From positions 1,682,919 to 1,714,918 of the forward strand of contig NZ_CP026606.1 of the NCBI RefSeq assembly GCF_002945325.1: a stretch of 32,000 bases of DNA, in the 5' to 3' direction. The stretch comes from Methanococcus maripaludis. Its GTDB lineage: Archaea; AGJL01; Methanococci; Methanococcales; Methanococcaceae. The position numbers and the translations under genes are program-made. The notes under the pieces are model-generated. The model searched no databases and had not been told where the DNA came from. It saw nothing but the letters and a program-made list of their open reading frames with translations. Shown here piece after piece: positions 1 to 12,500 of the stretch (position 1 is its first letter; the number at the start of each line of letters is the position of its first letter).

Positions 1-1451
1 ACGTTGATGTATGGATTGATGTCGCAAATGACGAAGGATCTGACGAAATAATTGAAGACTTAAGAATAAGCGTAGAATCAAACTATCCCTTTGAAGTAAA
101 GCAAGTAAACCCGACAAAAGGCGTTTACGAGATTTCTCAATTAAATGAAGGGGAAAGTGATACAGCATACTTTAAATTACATATAAACGACGATGCATCA
201 TCAAGAGACTACAGGCTCGATGTAACGGTTTCATACGATATTGTGGAATACGATGGTGACGACAGACAAGTTATCTCAAAATCATACACAAAAATCTACT
301 ATATCCCAGTATACGGCCTTGCAAACTTTGAAATTAACTCAGATGGAGTTACTTTAACTCCTGCAAAAACTGAAAACGTTCAAATTAAGGTAACAAACAA
401 AGGAACTGGAACTGCAAAAGAAGCAACTTTGACAATTGGTTCAAACGATTTAATAAACCCAATTGATACAACCAAGTTCTATCTGGGAAGTTTAAGCCCC
501 GACATTACAAAATTACTCTCCCTTAATTTACATGCAAGCGGAGATGCAACTGAAGGATCATACCTAATTCCTGCAACATTATCATGGATTGATTCAGATG
601 GAACCGAAAACTCTGAAGTAATAAACATAGGCTTCATTGTCGAAGGAGACATCAATTTAGGAATTTCAAATGTAATAACTGATCCTACTGAGATAAAAGC
701 TCAGGAAACTTACGTAAAAATTGACGTTGATTTAACAAACAACGGACACGGCGAAGCTAAAAACATTGAAATTGATTTACTCTCAGAATATCCATTTAAA
801 GACTCATGGAGTAATTCAAACTTCAAAAACATCGGAACACTAACTTCAGGAGATACAAAAACTGCAACATTCTATATCGATGTAGATAAGGATGCAGAGG
901 CAAAACACTACTCAGTTCCATTAAATATCACGTATATGGACATATTCGATGAAGAACACTCTGAAATGGAGTATATTGATTTATATATCAAACCAAAACC
1001 AGTACTTGAAATCCTCCCAGAAACCTACACTTTAAAAGCAGGAGACGAAAACACAATTACTTTGACTCTCCAAAACACAGGCTCAGAAAAAGCTCAAAGT
1101 GTAAAAATAACGGCAATTAAAAACACAGCTCAACCATTTGAGTACACTCAAAAAACTGATTCAATCGGAACACTCGACACCAACGAAACGGGTGAAGGAC
1201 AGTTAATAATCGATGTGGATTCAGATGCAGCAAATAAAGAGTATTTAATTACTGTAGAAGTTAGGAGCGTTGGAGACTCTGAAGAAGGAGACGACAATGT
1301 ATACATTTCACAAAAAACTATTAGGGTAAACGTTGAAGGCGGAAGCAACTCAACACTAGTTTATCTAGTAGTATTGCTGCTTGTCGGTGGTTTAGGATAC
1401 TATATGTACCTTAAACGGAAAAAAGGTAAAGCAACAGAAGAAACTGAATAA
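1..1451 (+). CDS. Secreted/surface protein with repeated CARDB/NEW3-like beta domains and a C-terminal TM anchor (COG1361 S-layer-like), 5'-truncated by the window
   Basis: Frame 3 is open from base 3 (VDVWIDVANDEGSDEIIEDLRISVESNYPF...) into the listed ORF. Repeated Ig-like segments such as 'VQIKVTNKGTGTAKEATLTI', 'VKIDVDLTNNGHGEAKNIEIDL' and 'ITLTLQNTGSEKAQSVKI'. C-terminal hydrophobic helix 'LVYLVVLLLVGGLGYYMYLKRKK'. Confidence 0.8.
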   Translation, partial: VDVWIDVANDEGSDEIIEDLRISVESNYPFEVKQVNPTKGVYEISQLNEGESDTAYFKLHINDDASSRDYRLDVTVSYDIVEYDGDDRQVISKSYTKIYYIPVYGLANFEINSDGVTLTPAKTENVQIKVTNKGTGTAKEATLTIGSNDLINPIDTTKFYLGSLSPDITKLLSLNLHASGDATEGSYLIPATLSWIDSDGTENSEVINIGFIVEGDINLGISNVITDPTEIKAQETYVKIDVDLTNNGHGEAKNIEIDLLSEYPFKDSWSNSNFKNIGTLTSGDTKTATFYIDVDKDAEAKHYSVPLNITYMDIFDEEHSEMEYIDLYIKPKPVLEILPETYTLKAGDENTITLTLQNTGSEKAQSVKITAIKNTAQPFEYTQKTDSIGTLDTNETGEGQLIIDVDSDAANKEYLITVEVRSVGDSEEGDDNVYISQKTIRVNVEGGSNSTLVYLVVLLLVGGLGYYMYLKRKKGKATEETE

Positions 1452-1453
1452 TC

Positions 1454-1495
1454 TTTTTTAAATTTTTTAATTTTCTATTTTTTAATTTTAAATGT
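1454..1495 (+). terminator. T-rich putative archaeal transcription terminator
   Basis: Several T6 runs immediately downstream of the stop at 1451 (ttttttaaattttttaattttctattttttaatttt). Confidence 0.45.
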
Positions 1496-1548
1496 TTTAC
1501 CAATTAGGTTTATTTAATTGTAAACCAAATGTCTATTGATGAGTAATT

Positions 1549-2577
1549 TTGAAATTCAGGGGATTGGTAATCTTGAACAGTAAAGAATATGATATTTTAT
1601 CGCGATTATTTATGGTATTTTCATTTTTTGCACTCATTTACATGTTATGGCCGTTTATGGGGATTATTGCGCTTGCAGTTGCAGTTGCATACATGACAAA
1701 ACCCCTTTATGATATTTTAAAACCAAAATTTGGAAGAACTTATGGTGCAATAATCTGCCTTCTTGGAATTGTAATTCCATCTTTACTTTTGGTTGTACTG
1801 GTTGCAGAAGATGTTGTAACGTTTTTACTTTCACTTGATATTGAAAATATCATTACAAAAGTTACTCCAATTTTAAATGATATTGGATATTTGAGGGTAG
1901 ATGGTCCAGACGTTTCAAAACCGTTTTCTGATATCTGGAGTGTTTCAAAACCGTTACTCAATAGTTTTGCATCGCAAATTTCTTCAATCCCGTCATTACT
2001 GATGAAACTACTGTTCCTGTCGTTCATGACATTTTACTTTTTGAAAGATGGGGATAAACTGACGGATAGTTTTTTGATTTACGTTCCCGATGATAAAAAA
2101 AGGAATACTGCACTTTTTCTAAGTGAGATACACAAGGCTTTAAAGACGTTATTTATTGGAAACGCTGTTACCTCGGTAATTGTTGGAATTATTTCGATAA
2201 TAGGCTATTGGCTTATTGGAATTCCAAACCCGATTACACTTGGTGCACTTTCAGGAATACTAAATATTTTGCCGGTGGTTGGTGGCTGGACAATATACGT
2301 TCCACTTACTGTATATTACTTGTTAACTGGAGAAATTGCTAAGGGAATACTTTTAGGATTATTTGGAATTGTATTTTTATCTTTAGCACCGGATTTTGCA
2401 ATAAGGCCCCGTGTAATTTCAAAAGACGGAGATTTGCACCCTGCACTTGTTTTAATCGCATTTTTAATTGGACCGTTGGTTTTTGGAATACCGGGGCTTG
2501 CAATCGGGCCGATAATTGTTTCAACGGTGTATGCAATCCATAAAGTTAGAAGATTAATCGAAAAAAAGAATAATTAA
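1549..2577 (+). CDS. AI-2E family transporter-like membrane protein (PF01594 type)
   Basis: Multiple TM segments and family-like stretches 'LLKLLFLSFMTFYFLKDGDKL' and 'GIPNPITLGALSGILNILPVVGGWTIYVPLTVYYLLTG'. The start is TTG at 1549 or TTG at 1573; uncertain. Confidence 0.8.
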   Translation: MKFRGLVILNSKEYDILSRLFMVFSFFALIYMLWPFMGIIALAVAVAYMTKPLYDILKPKFGRTYGAIICLLGIVIPSLLLVVLVAEDVVTFLLSLDIENIITKVTPILNDIGYLRVDGPDVSKPFSDIWSVSKPLLNSFASQISSIPSLLMKLLFLSFMTFYFLKDGDKLTDSFLIYVPDDKKRNTALFLSEIHKALKTLFIGNAVTSVIVGIISIIGYWLIGIPNPITLGALSGILNILPVVGGWTIYVPLTVYYLLTGEIAKGILLGLFGIVFLSLAPDFAIRPRVISKDGDLHPALVLIAFLIGPLVFGIPGLAIGPIIVSTVYAIHKVRRLIEKKNN

Positions 2578-2582
2578 TATTT

Positions 2583-3392
2583 TTAATATTTATTTTTTGT
2601 AAATACAAATATTACAAATAATGCTGCTAAAAGGAAGCCTAAATAAACTAAAATACCTTCAAAACCAATGTTTTTTGAAATTTCGGAAACTTCAGAAATA
2701 TTTTTTGAAGTATTTTTTGAAATGGATATATTTTCAGAAACATTTTCAAAAATTTCTATTTTTTCAGATTCTTCAAAATTTTTAAAAAGATCGTAGTTTT
2801 CGCCTGCATATACTGTGACTTTTTCTGAATAGTTTCCAAAAATTTCAGAAGAAAGCCTTAGAAAGTGGTTTCCTTCTTTAATTGATACGTTTAAGGGCGT
2901 GTTTCCCACATAATTTCCATCCACATATATTGGCATATTTTTAGGGTTTGAGTTTATAGAATAAATTCCGCGACCTTCACTTATTTTGTAGTTAAATTTT
3001 TTTTGAATGGTTTTTGGACCTACGTATACCTCATTTTCTGAATCATAATCGTAATACTGAATAAAAATTTTTCCGGATTTTTCACCGAGTTCTGCATTTT
3101 TTGAAGCATTTATTTTAAAAGATACTTTAATCACTGTTCCATCGTTAATAACTGGAATTTCGATATTTTTTGGAGTTATTTTTACGTTATCTTCGTAAAT
3201 TTCAGGAACTGCCGTTATATTATATGCACTGGATACTCCACCAACTTCCTCAATTTCAAGATAAATTCTTTCAGTGCTTCCCCTTTCGATTTCAGGAGTT
3301 GAAGCGCTTGCATCAAGGTATGGCACTGCTGAAACTGAAACAATATTTAAAATAATACATATTAAAAGGATAAATAAAGATTTTTTAAACAT
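2583..3392 (-). CDS. Secreted/membrane-anchored PEGA-domain protein
   Basis: Signal peptide, PEGA motif 'GIYSINSNPKNMPIYVDGNYVGNTPLNVSIKEGNHFLRL', C-terminal TM. ATG at 3392 is preceded by GTGAT. Confidence 0.75.
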   Translation of the reverse strand: MFKKSLFILLICIILNIVSVSAVPYLDASASTPEIERGSTERIYLEIEEVGGVSSAYNITAVPEIYEDNVKITPKNIEIPVINDGTVIKVSFKINASKNAELGEKSGKIFIQYYDYDSENEVYVGPKTIQKKFNYKISEGRGIYSINSNPKNMPIYVDGNYVGNTPLNVSIKEGNHFLRLSSEIFGNYSEKVTVYAGENYDLFKNFEESEKIEIFENVSENISISKNTSKNISEVSEISKNIGFEGILVYLGFLLAALFVIFVFTKNKY

Positions 3393-3459
3393 GATTATCA
3401 CGTTTAGATATATGTTTTAAAAGTTTAAAAAAAGTAAGGGTATGGTTTAAATCAACAGT

Positions 3460-4938
3460 TTAAATCAGCAAATTGATTCCATCCATCATGGCTTCAACAG
3501 ACGCCATTACAACGTCTCCGTGTGCTTTTTTGACTTCTACAACTTCGTTTCCTTTTCTCAAGTGAACTACTACTTCAATTAAAGCATCAGTTCCTCCAGT
3601 CATTGCACGAACACTGTAATCTTCAAGTTCAATATCTGCAACTCCGGTGAGTGCTTTTTTAACTGCATTAATTGCCGCATCAACTGGACCAAGACCGTAT
3701 GCTGCTTCACGGACATTGTCTTTGATATTGCAGTCGTTTGCAAATTTTAAGTTTATTGATGCAAGAGGCGATACTTTGTTTCCTGATACAACCGTAATTT
3801 CATCGAGAATTACTTTTCTTTCAAGTTCAACTCCTCGAACCTGATTTATGATGGTTTTTAAATCTACATCGCTAATGTATTTTCCAAGATCCCCAAAAGC
3901 CTTAATTTTTGAATATGTTTCTTCAAATTCTTCATGACTCAATCCAATGTTCATTATTTCAAGTTTATATTTTAAAGCAGCTTTTCCGCTGTGTTTTCCA
4001 AGTATAATTTTTCTCCTGTTTCCAACTGTTTCAGGATGAATTGGCTCATAAGTTTCCGTACTTTTCATAAGGCCGTCAACGTGAATTCCTGCTTCATGGG
4101 CAAAGGCGTTGTCACCAACAAGCGCCTTATTTGCGGGAACTGGAATTTTCATATATTTTGAAACAATTCTTGAAATTTTATGGAGTTTTTCAGTATCAAT
4201 TCCAGTTTCTATATCGTACAGTGATTTTAAACTCATAACTACTTCTTCAAGTGACGCATTTCCTGCCCTTTCGCCGATACCATTAATTGTAACGTGGCAC
4301 TGGTCTGCACCCGCACTTATTGCAGAAATTGTATTTGCGGTAGCCATTCCAAAATCGTTGTGACAGTGGATTGAAACTGGAATTTTTATTGTATTTTTCA
4401 TTGTTTTTATAAGATCTATTGCTTTTAAGGGCGTTAAAATACCGACAGTATCACAAACACAGATTCTATCAGCTTTTAGTTCTTCTCCTTTTAAGAATAG
4501 TTCTTTTAAAAATTCAACGTCGCTTCTTGTTGCATCTTCTGCTGAAAGTTCGACGATTAAACCATGATCTTTAGCATACTCTACAGCGTGCATTGCATCT
4601 TTTAAATTTTCTTCACGACTTTTCCTTAATTTGTAGGTCATGTGGATGTCTGAAGTTGGAACGACTAAATGGACGCTGTCAACATCACAGGAAAGTGCAG
4701 CATCAATATCTACTGGAAGGGCCCTTACAAATGAAGATATTTCAGCATTTAAATTCTGCCCTGTAACCAGTTTCATGGCTTCTCGTTCCCCTTTTGAGGT
4801 TATTGCACTTCCTGCCTCGATAATATTTACACCAAGTTCATCAAGTTTTATTGCCAGTTCGAGTTTTTCACTTGGAGATAGTGAGACCCCCGGAGTTTGT
4901 TCTCCATCCCTCAATGTAGTATCGAATATGTTAACCAT
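3460..4938 (-). CDS. cimA: (R)-citramalate synthase / 2-isopropylmalate synthase family
   Basis: 'MVNIFDTTLRDGEQTPGVSLSPSEKLELA', 'HCHNDFGMATANT', 'GERAGNASLEEVVM', C-terminal regulatory LeuA-dimer domain. The family is certain. CimA versus LeuA is assigned from recalled resemblance to the methanococcal CimA (MJ1392-like N-terminus). Start ATG 4938 has SD 'gagagga'. Confidence 0.85.
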   Translation of the reverse strand: MVNIFDTTLRDGEQTPGVSLSPSEKLELAIKLDELGVNIIEAGSAITSKGEREAMKLVTGQNLNAEISSFVRALPVDIDAALSCDVDSVHLVVPTSDIHMTYKLRKSREENLKDAMHAVEYAKDHGLIVELSAEDATRSDVEFLKELFLKGEELKADRICVCDTVGILTPLKAIDLIKTMKNTIKIPVSIHCHNDFGMATANTISAISAGADQCHVTINGIGERAGNASLEEVVMSLKSLYDIETGIDTEKLHKISRIVSKYMKIPVPANKALVGDNAFAHEAGIHVDGLMKSTETYEPIHPETVGNRRKIILGKHSGKAALKYKLEIMNIGLSHEEFEETYSKIKAFGDLGKYISDVDLKTIINQVRGVELERKVILDEITVVSGNKVSPLASINLKFANDCNIKDNVREAAYGLGPVDAAINAVKKALTGVADIELEDYSVRAMTGGTDALIEVVVHLRKGNEVVEVKKAHGDVVMASVEAMMDGINLLI

Positions 4939-5033
4939 TTTATCCTCTCGCACCATTAGTTTTAGTATTTAGCCAATTGAATGATAAGTTTAAATAATAT
5001 TTCACTGATTAATTGATAAACCATAATATTTGA

Positions 5034-6494
<1,461 letters not shown>

Positions 6495-6532
6495 AAACTC
6501 TTAATTTTTCTAAAAAATAAATAAAAAAAGAA

Positions 6533-7780
6533 TTACTCCTCATTTTCGGGAGTTTCAATAGTTTCTGAAAATTCTTCAGCCATTATTTCTTTTTTACCAA
6601 CATTTAATGATTTGGACTGTCTTTTTTCTTTATCAATGTTCATCTGTTTTTTTACAGAATCAAGCGCATCTTTTAATACTTCAATAAAGTCCCATCTCTG
6701 TTTTTCGGCAACTAATTCCATTTCTTCGCCGTCCCAGTCTATTCTTTTGGTTGATGAAAGTTTTGGTTTTCCTTCTGCAACGTAAAGTTTTCTTGGAGTT
6801 TTTACGTACGTTTTTACACTGTAGTTTGGCACTCCACCTTTATCCCTTTCTTTTTTAACAGCTAATTTAATCCAGTGGATTTTTTTCGAATAAATGGCAA
6901 TTTTCTTAATTTCATTAAATAATATCCTTTCTGCAAGTTCTCTCTGGTCTTCGTCAAAATCACCTTGAATTTCAACTTCAACCATTGATTCAGCTCTTAA
7001 ATCCCTTAAGTATTTTAAAATATCAAGTCTTGTAACGATACCTCTTAATGTATCGTTTTTAAATATTGGAATTCCTCTAATATCTTGTTGTTCGAGTATT
7101 TCTGCTACTTCCGCAACTGAATCGCCTATATTTGCAGTAATAAGTGGTTTATTTATTATCATTGATACGGGCTGGGCCATTCTAGGCACTTTATTGCCAG
7201 TAAGTTCTCCAACTGTCATTTTGGTTTTTGGTTTGAAGACTTTTTTAACGATATCGTCTTCTGTAACCATTCCAATAGGCTTTCCATCCATATCGAGTAC
7301 AATTAGTCTTCCGATGTTATATTTCATCATTAAACTTCTTGCCTTACCGATACTTTCATCGATATCAATTGTGACGGGGCTTTTCGTCATTATTTTATCG
7401 ATTTTAACGTCTTTCAAAAGCTCTGACTCTGCTGCGCACTTCATGACATCGTAATCAGTAATAATTCCAATTAGTTTGTCATTTTCGTCGATAACTGGAG
7501 CTACTCTCTGACCGCTGTTAATCATTTCAAAAGCGGCATCAATCACCTGCGTATTCATTTTTACACAAAATGGTCTAAACATCAGATCTTCAACCTGTTG
7601 ATGCACAGAGTTTCCAAGTAGCAAATCATGCATTGTTACTAGATATATGTCATCATCTTTCTCAACTATCAAATTATGGAATTTTTTGTTTTCCATAGTT
7701 CCGACAGCTTTTGATATTGGCGTATCAGGACTTACTGTAACAACGTCTTTTGTGGCTATGTCAATTACTTGCTCTTTCAA
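6533..7780 (-). CDS. Four-CBS-domain (double Bateman) protein with extra C-terminal alpha/beta domain
   Basis: Four CBS repeats ('VVTVSPDTPISKAVGTMENKKFHNLIV', 'FCVKMNTQVIDAAFEMINSGQRVAPVIDENDKLIGIITDYDVM', 'MTKSPVTIDIDESIGKARSLMMKYNIGRLIVLDMDGKPIGMVTEDDIV', 'PLITANIGDSVAEVAEILEQQDIRGIPIFKNDTLRGIVTRLDIL'). TTG start at 7780 with SD 'aggggtga'. Confidence 0.88.
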   Translation of the reverse strand: MKEQVIDIATKDVVTVSPDTPISKAVGTMENKKFHNLIVEKDDDIYLVTMHDLLLGNSVHQQVEDLMFRPFCVKMNTQVIDAAFEMINSGQRVAPVIDENDKLIGIITDYDVMKCAAESELLKDVKIDKIMTKSPVTIDIDESIGKARSLMMKYNIGRLIVLDMDGKPIGMVTEDDIVKKVFKPKTKMTVGELTGNKVPRMAQPVSMIINKPLITANIGDSVAEVAEILEQQDIRGIPIFKNDTLRGIVTRLDILKYLRDLRAESMVEVEIQGDFDEDQRELAERILFNEIKKIAIYSKKIHWIKLAVKKERDKGGVPNYSVKTYVKTPRKLYVAEGKPKLSSTKRIDWDGEEMELVAEKQRWDFIEVLKDALDSVKKQMNIDKEKRQSKSLNVGKKEIMAEEFSETIETPENEE

Positions 7781-7985
7781 GACTTTCACCCCTTTTCGAG
7801 TCCATGGTATATTTTATGATTTTGAGATTTTATATGGTTTCCGATATGATTTTGAAAAAGCAGTGATAATTCTCCGTTTTGGCGGGTTAAGAAGAGTATA
7901 TTGATATTCATGGAATTAAATATTTAAGTTAAAATTTGTATGTTAATCATAAATTCCGTTGTTTTAACAAAAGAACCATTAATAA

Positions 7986-8285
7986 TTAATATCTTTCAAG
8001 TTCATTTGCAATAACATTTAAAATTTCGTTTGTAAGCATGTTGACTTTTTCAGTTCTTTCTGAAACTTCGATCACTTTTTTCCTTAATCTTTCAGCATCA
8101 CACTGTTCGATGTCTCTTGCTTTTAGTGTTTTTCTTTTGTCTTTTGCAGCATTTTCTTCAGCGATTTTTGTAGTGGTTACAACCATTTCCTGTAAAATTT
8201 CAACTAATGCTACGACAGATTCAGCTGATACATTCATATCAGTATTTTCTTTCATAATTCTTTTAACGGTTCCTTTTGGTATCAT
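7986..8285 (-). CDS. Archaeal histone-fold protein with C-terminal helical extension
   Basis: 'IPKGTVKRIMKENTDMNVSAESVVALVEILQEMVVTTTKIAEENAAKDKRKTLKARDI' histone fold plus extension 'EQCDAERLRKKVIEVSERTEKVNMLTNEILNVIANELERY'. ATG at 8285 with SD 'gaggtc'; the longer start at 8324 is unlikely. Confidence 0.88.
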   Translation of the reverse strand: MIPKGTVKRIMKENTDMNVSAESVVALVEILQEMVVTTTKIAEENAAKDKRKTLKARDIEQCDAERLRKKVIEVSERTEKVNMLTNEILNVIANELERY

Positions 8286-8335
8286 AATAAGACCTCTTAT
8301 TTTATCTTTAGAATCATATGGCATTTAAATTATTT

Positions 8336-8346
8336 AAACCTTATAT
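8336..8346 (-). promoter_or_regulatory. Putative TATA box for histone gene
   Basis: AT-rich 'ttatataa' element about 55 bp upstream of the ATG at 8285. Confidence 0.4.
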
Positions 8347-8402
8347 AAAACAGTAAATCAAAAATGGGAAAATAACACAAAAGAATATTTAAAAAAAATA
8401 AA

Positions 8403-9470
8403 TTAAATTAATTTTTCATCGCCAAGCGGTACAATATTTTTCTGTTCGTATTCCATGTACTCAATCCACTCTTTTTTACAGTCGCATTCGATATCAAGTT
8501 TTTCAATTTTTTGAGTAACTGTAAAATCATTGAATATATCTTTTATTTTATCGTTGCAGGTGCAGTCAATATTGTTATGTGCTCCCCTTTTTGAAGAAAC
8601 TCCTGCAGTATCACACATTACGAGAGCATCAGGGTTTTTAGACTTTACTTCTTTTAAAATTTCTAAAATACTCCATAAAAATGGTGGTCTGTACTGATTT
8701 TTTTTCCAGAGAGTTTCAATTAAAGTTCCTTTGTGAATTGATGCAGGACAGAAAGAAATTCTGCTGCAGCCCATTTCGATGCATTTGTTTGCAGTGTCTA
8801 TTGCATCAATAATTGCCTCTTTTTCGGAAATAAATGGGGGTTTTATCAAAATATATGCTTTTATTCCTACATCGTATTCTTTTGCGACGGAAAACGCATT
8901 TTCAATTGTTTTTGTAGGAACACCTTTGTGAATTGCAACATTTCTTATTTTTTCATTTAAACTTTCGATTCCAACACCGATTTCAATGTTGCATGAAAGA
9001 ATATTTTTTATCGATTCCATGTTTTCAGGAGTTACAAATTCAGCTCTTGATTCAATTGCAACTTCCTTTGCACCCATTTCTTCGATTCTTTTAAAGATAT
9101 ATTCTCTCGTTTCAAGAGGGATTTCAAAAGTATCCAAAAAACTACCTGACGTAAATAGTTTTATTGACATATTTTTATTGAGCTGATCTTTATATTTTTC
9201 AACTGCAGAATCGAACTGGTTTTTCAAGTTTTCAGAAGTAATTTCGGCAGGGGATGCGTCCATTAGGTAGCTGCACATCGTGCACCCTCCGCTATCGTAT
9301 GCCCATTTACAGCCCTTTGTTCTTAAAATTATTGTAAAGCTTTGTCCAAACGTTTTATCGCGAAAAACATCGTCTTGAATCCAAACTGCAATCGGATAAT
9401 CAGGATTTCTTTCTTTTCGTTTTTTAAGATGTTTTTCACGGATATTTTTTAAATAATCAGCCATAGACAT
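8403..9470 (-). CDS. Radical SAM protein, archaeosine biosynthesis RaSEA-like
   Basis: 'ILRTKGCKWAYDSGGCTMCSYLMDAS' cluster-binding region, 'FTSGSFLDTFEI', 'VGIESLNEKIR', C-terminal Cys motif 'NNIDCTCNDKIKD...LDIECDCKKEW'. SD 'gaggagat'. Confidence 0.85.
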   Translation of the reverse strand: MSMADYLKNIREKHLKKRKERNPDYPIAVWIQDDVFRDKTFGQSFTIILRTKGCKWAYDSGGCTMCSYLMDASPAEITSENLKNQFDSAVEKYKDQLNKNMSIKLFTSGSFLDTFEIPLETREYIFKRIEEMGAKEVAIESRAEFVTPENMESIKNILSCNIEIGVGIESLNEKIRNVAIHKGVPTKTIENAFSVAKEYDVGIKAYILIKPPFISEKEAIIDAIDTANKCIEMGCSRISFCPASIHKGTLIETLWKKNQYRPPFLWSILEILKEVKSKNPDALVMCDTAGVSSKRGAHNNIDCTCNDKIKDIFNDFTVTQKIEKLDIECDCKKEWIEYMEYEQKNIVPLGDEKLI

Positions 9471-9534
9471 AATATCTCCTCAAAATAAGAAAATAATTTA
9501 ATAAAAAATTTAAAATAAAATAATCGGGGTTTAA

Positions 9535-12500
9535 TTAATTTTCAAGTTCATTTAATGAATAAACTCCAAGTTCTCCAGATTTAATTGCTTCGATAGCTTT
9601 AATTGCAGCGTATGCTCCTTGTAATGTAGTCATGCATGGAATGTTTAATTCAACTGCAGCTCGTCTGATGAAGTATCCGTCAGTTTTAGCTTTGTCTCCT
9701 GAAGAAGTGTTTATAATTAAGTCGACTTCTCCTTTCTGCATTAAATCAAGAACGCTGTTCTGCATGCTTTCTGAGATTTTTCTAACTTCTCTTACAGGAA
9801 TGTCAAATAACCGAAGCTCTCTTGCAGTTCCTCTTGTAGCAACGATTTCAAAGCCTAAATTGTGGTATTTTTTAGCAATTTTTGTAATGTTGTCTTTATC
9901 CCTGTTCCTTACGCTTATAAAGACAGTTCCGGAAGTTGGAAGTTCCATGTTTGCAGAAAGCTGGGATTTGTAAAATGCTTTTCCAAAGTCCTGATCAATT
10001 CCGATTGCTTCACCTGTTGACTTCATTTCTGGGCTTAATACAGGGTCTACTCCTGGAAGTTTTAAGAATGGAAATACTGCTTCTTTAACGCTTACATATT
10101 TTGATTTAGCAAGTCCAAAATACCTCATTTCTTTTAATTTTTTGCCCATTATTGCATTTGTTGCAATTTTTGCAAGAGGTACTCCAACTGATTTACTTAC
10201 ATAAGGAATTGTTCTTGAAGCTCTAGGGTTTGCTTCGATAATATATACAACGCCGTCTTTTACGGCATACTGGATGTTTAATAATCCAATTACGCCAAGT
10301 TCCAGTGCAAGTTTTGTTGTATGTTCCGCAATTTTTTCAATTACTTCTTTTGAAAGAGTTTGAGGGGGAATTACACAAGCACTGTCCCCACTGTGGATTC
10401 CAGCTTCTTCAATGTGTTCCATAATCGCGCCAATAAATACGCTTTCTCCATCGCACACTGCATCGACATCGACTTCAACAGCTTCTTCTAAGAATTTATC
10501 AATTAAAATCGGGTGATCTGATGAAACTTTAACAGCTTCTCTCATGTAATCTTTTAAATCTTCCGTGTTATAGACAATCTGCATTGCACGACCTCCCAAC
10601 ACGTATGAGGGTCTAACAAGTGCAGGGTATCCGATTCTTTCAACAACCTTAAGAGCTTGCTCTTCACTAAATGCAGTTGCACCATCTGCCTGAGGTATTT
10701 TCAATTTTTCAAGCACGTGTATGAACTGATCTCTATCTTCTGCAAGGTCGATTGATTGGGGGGAAGTTCCTAAAATGTTTACTCCTGAATTGTAGAGTTT
10801 CATTGCAAGGTTAATTGCGGTCTGTCCACCGAATTGAACGATAACTCCAAGTAACTGTCCGTTTTTATTTTCATTTTCAATTATATTCATTATTTCTTCG
10901 TAAACTAATGGCTCAAAGTATAATTTGTCCGAAGTATCGTAGTCAGTACTTACGGTTTCAGGGTTGTTGTTTACAATTATTGCTTCGATTCCAAGTTCTT
11001 TCAGTGCAAAAATTGCGTGAACTGTTGAGTAATCAAATTCAACACCTTGTCCGATTCTAATTGGTCCAGAACCTAAAATTATTACTTTTTTTCTGTCCGA
11101 GGATACGCTTTCGTTCTGTTCTTTATCGAAGTACCTTTCGTATGCTGAGTAGTAGTATGGTGTTTTAGCTTCAAATTCTGCTGCACAAGTGTCCACCATC
11201 TTGTAAACTGGAATTACTTCGAGTCTTTTTCTAAGATCCCTTATCTCATTTTCAGTTTTTGAAAATATTTTTGAGATTTGAACGTCTGAAAATCCTAATG
11301 ATTTTGCTTTTAAAAGGATTTCTTTTAATTTTTCGTCATCTACTGGAAGTCTTGAAATTACTTCAAGTTCTTTTTTACAGTCGATAATTTTTTTGATTTT
11401 TTCAATGAAAAATGGATTTATTCCAGTTCTTTCACAAATTCCGTCAACACTCCATCCTTTATCGAGTGCGTAAGCAATTACAAAGAGTCTTTCATCTGTA
11501 GCATGTTCTAAAATATCAACAATTTCAGAATTCGAGTATTCTTTGTCTTTTCCATCAGCAATTATTCCAAATCTTCCGATATCCAAACTTCTAACTGCTT
11601 TTTGAAGAGCTTCTTCAAGGTTTCTTCCAATTGCCATGATTTCTCCCGTGGATTTCATGGAAGTTCCAAGTTTTTTGTCAACAGTTCTAAATTTATCAAA
11701 CGGCCATCTTGGAATTTTTACTACAACGTAGTCTATTGTAGGCTCAAAGCTTGCTGGTGTTTCTTTTGTAACGTCATTTTGTATTTCATCGAGTGTTCTT
11801 CCAATTGCAATTTTTGCAGCGATTTTTGCAATCGGGTATCCTGTTGCTTTACTTGCAAGTGCAGAACTTCTTGAAACTCTCGGATTTACTTCGATTACAA
11901 CGTAATCAGTCATTTCAGGGTTTACTGCAAACTGAACGTTACAGCCACCTTCAATTTTCAAGTGTCTGATAATTTGCAATGATGCATCTCTTAATTTTTG
12001 GTGGAATTCATCGCTTAAGGTCTGTGAAGGCGCAGTTACGATACTTTCTCCAGTGTGTATTCCCATTGGATCGATGTTTTCCATGTTACATACAACAATG
12101 CAGGTATCGTTTTTATCCCTCATTACTTCGTATTCGTATTCTTTCCAGCCTAAAAGACTCTGATCAATTAAAACTTGTTTGATCATCGAGTATTTTAATC
12201 CTTTTTTTGTAATTTCAATTAATTCGTCTTCGTTATTTGCAATTCCACCACCTGTTCCTCCAAGGGTGAATGCAGGCCTTACAATTGCAGGATATCCAAG
12301 TTCCTTAGTAGCTTCAATTGCTTCCTCAACACTATGGACAGCTGCAGATTTTGCAATAGGTTGGTTAATTTCTTCCATTGCTTTATTGAATAAATCTCTA
12401 TCTTCTGAAGTTTCAATTACGCTTTCAGTTGAACCCAAAAGTTCAACACCGTGTTTTTCCAAGATTCCGCGTTTTGAAAGTTCCATTGCAAGATTTAAAC

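Noticed and set aside
4962-5024. 20-aa Ile/Leu-rich mini-ORF on the minus strand upstream of cimA (MVYQLISEILFKLIIQLAKY), considered as an Ile/Leu leader peptide
   Set aside because: No SD before its ATG, it overlaps the likely AT-rich promoter, and Ile/Leu codons are expected from base composition. The evidence is much weaker than for the trp mini-ORF.
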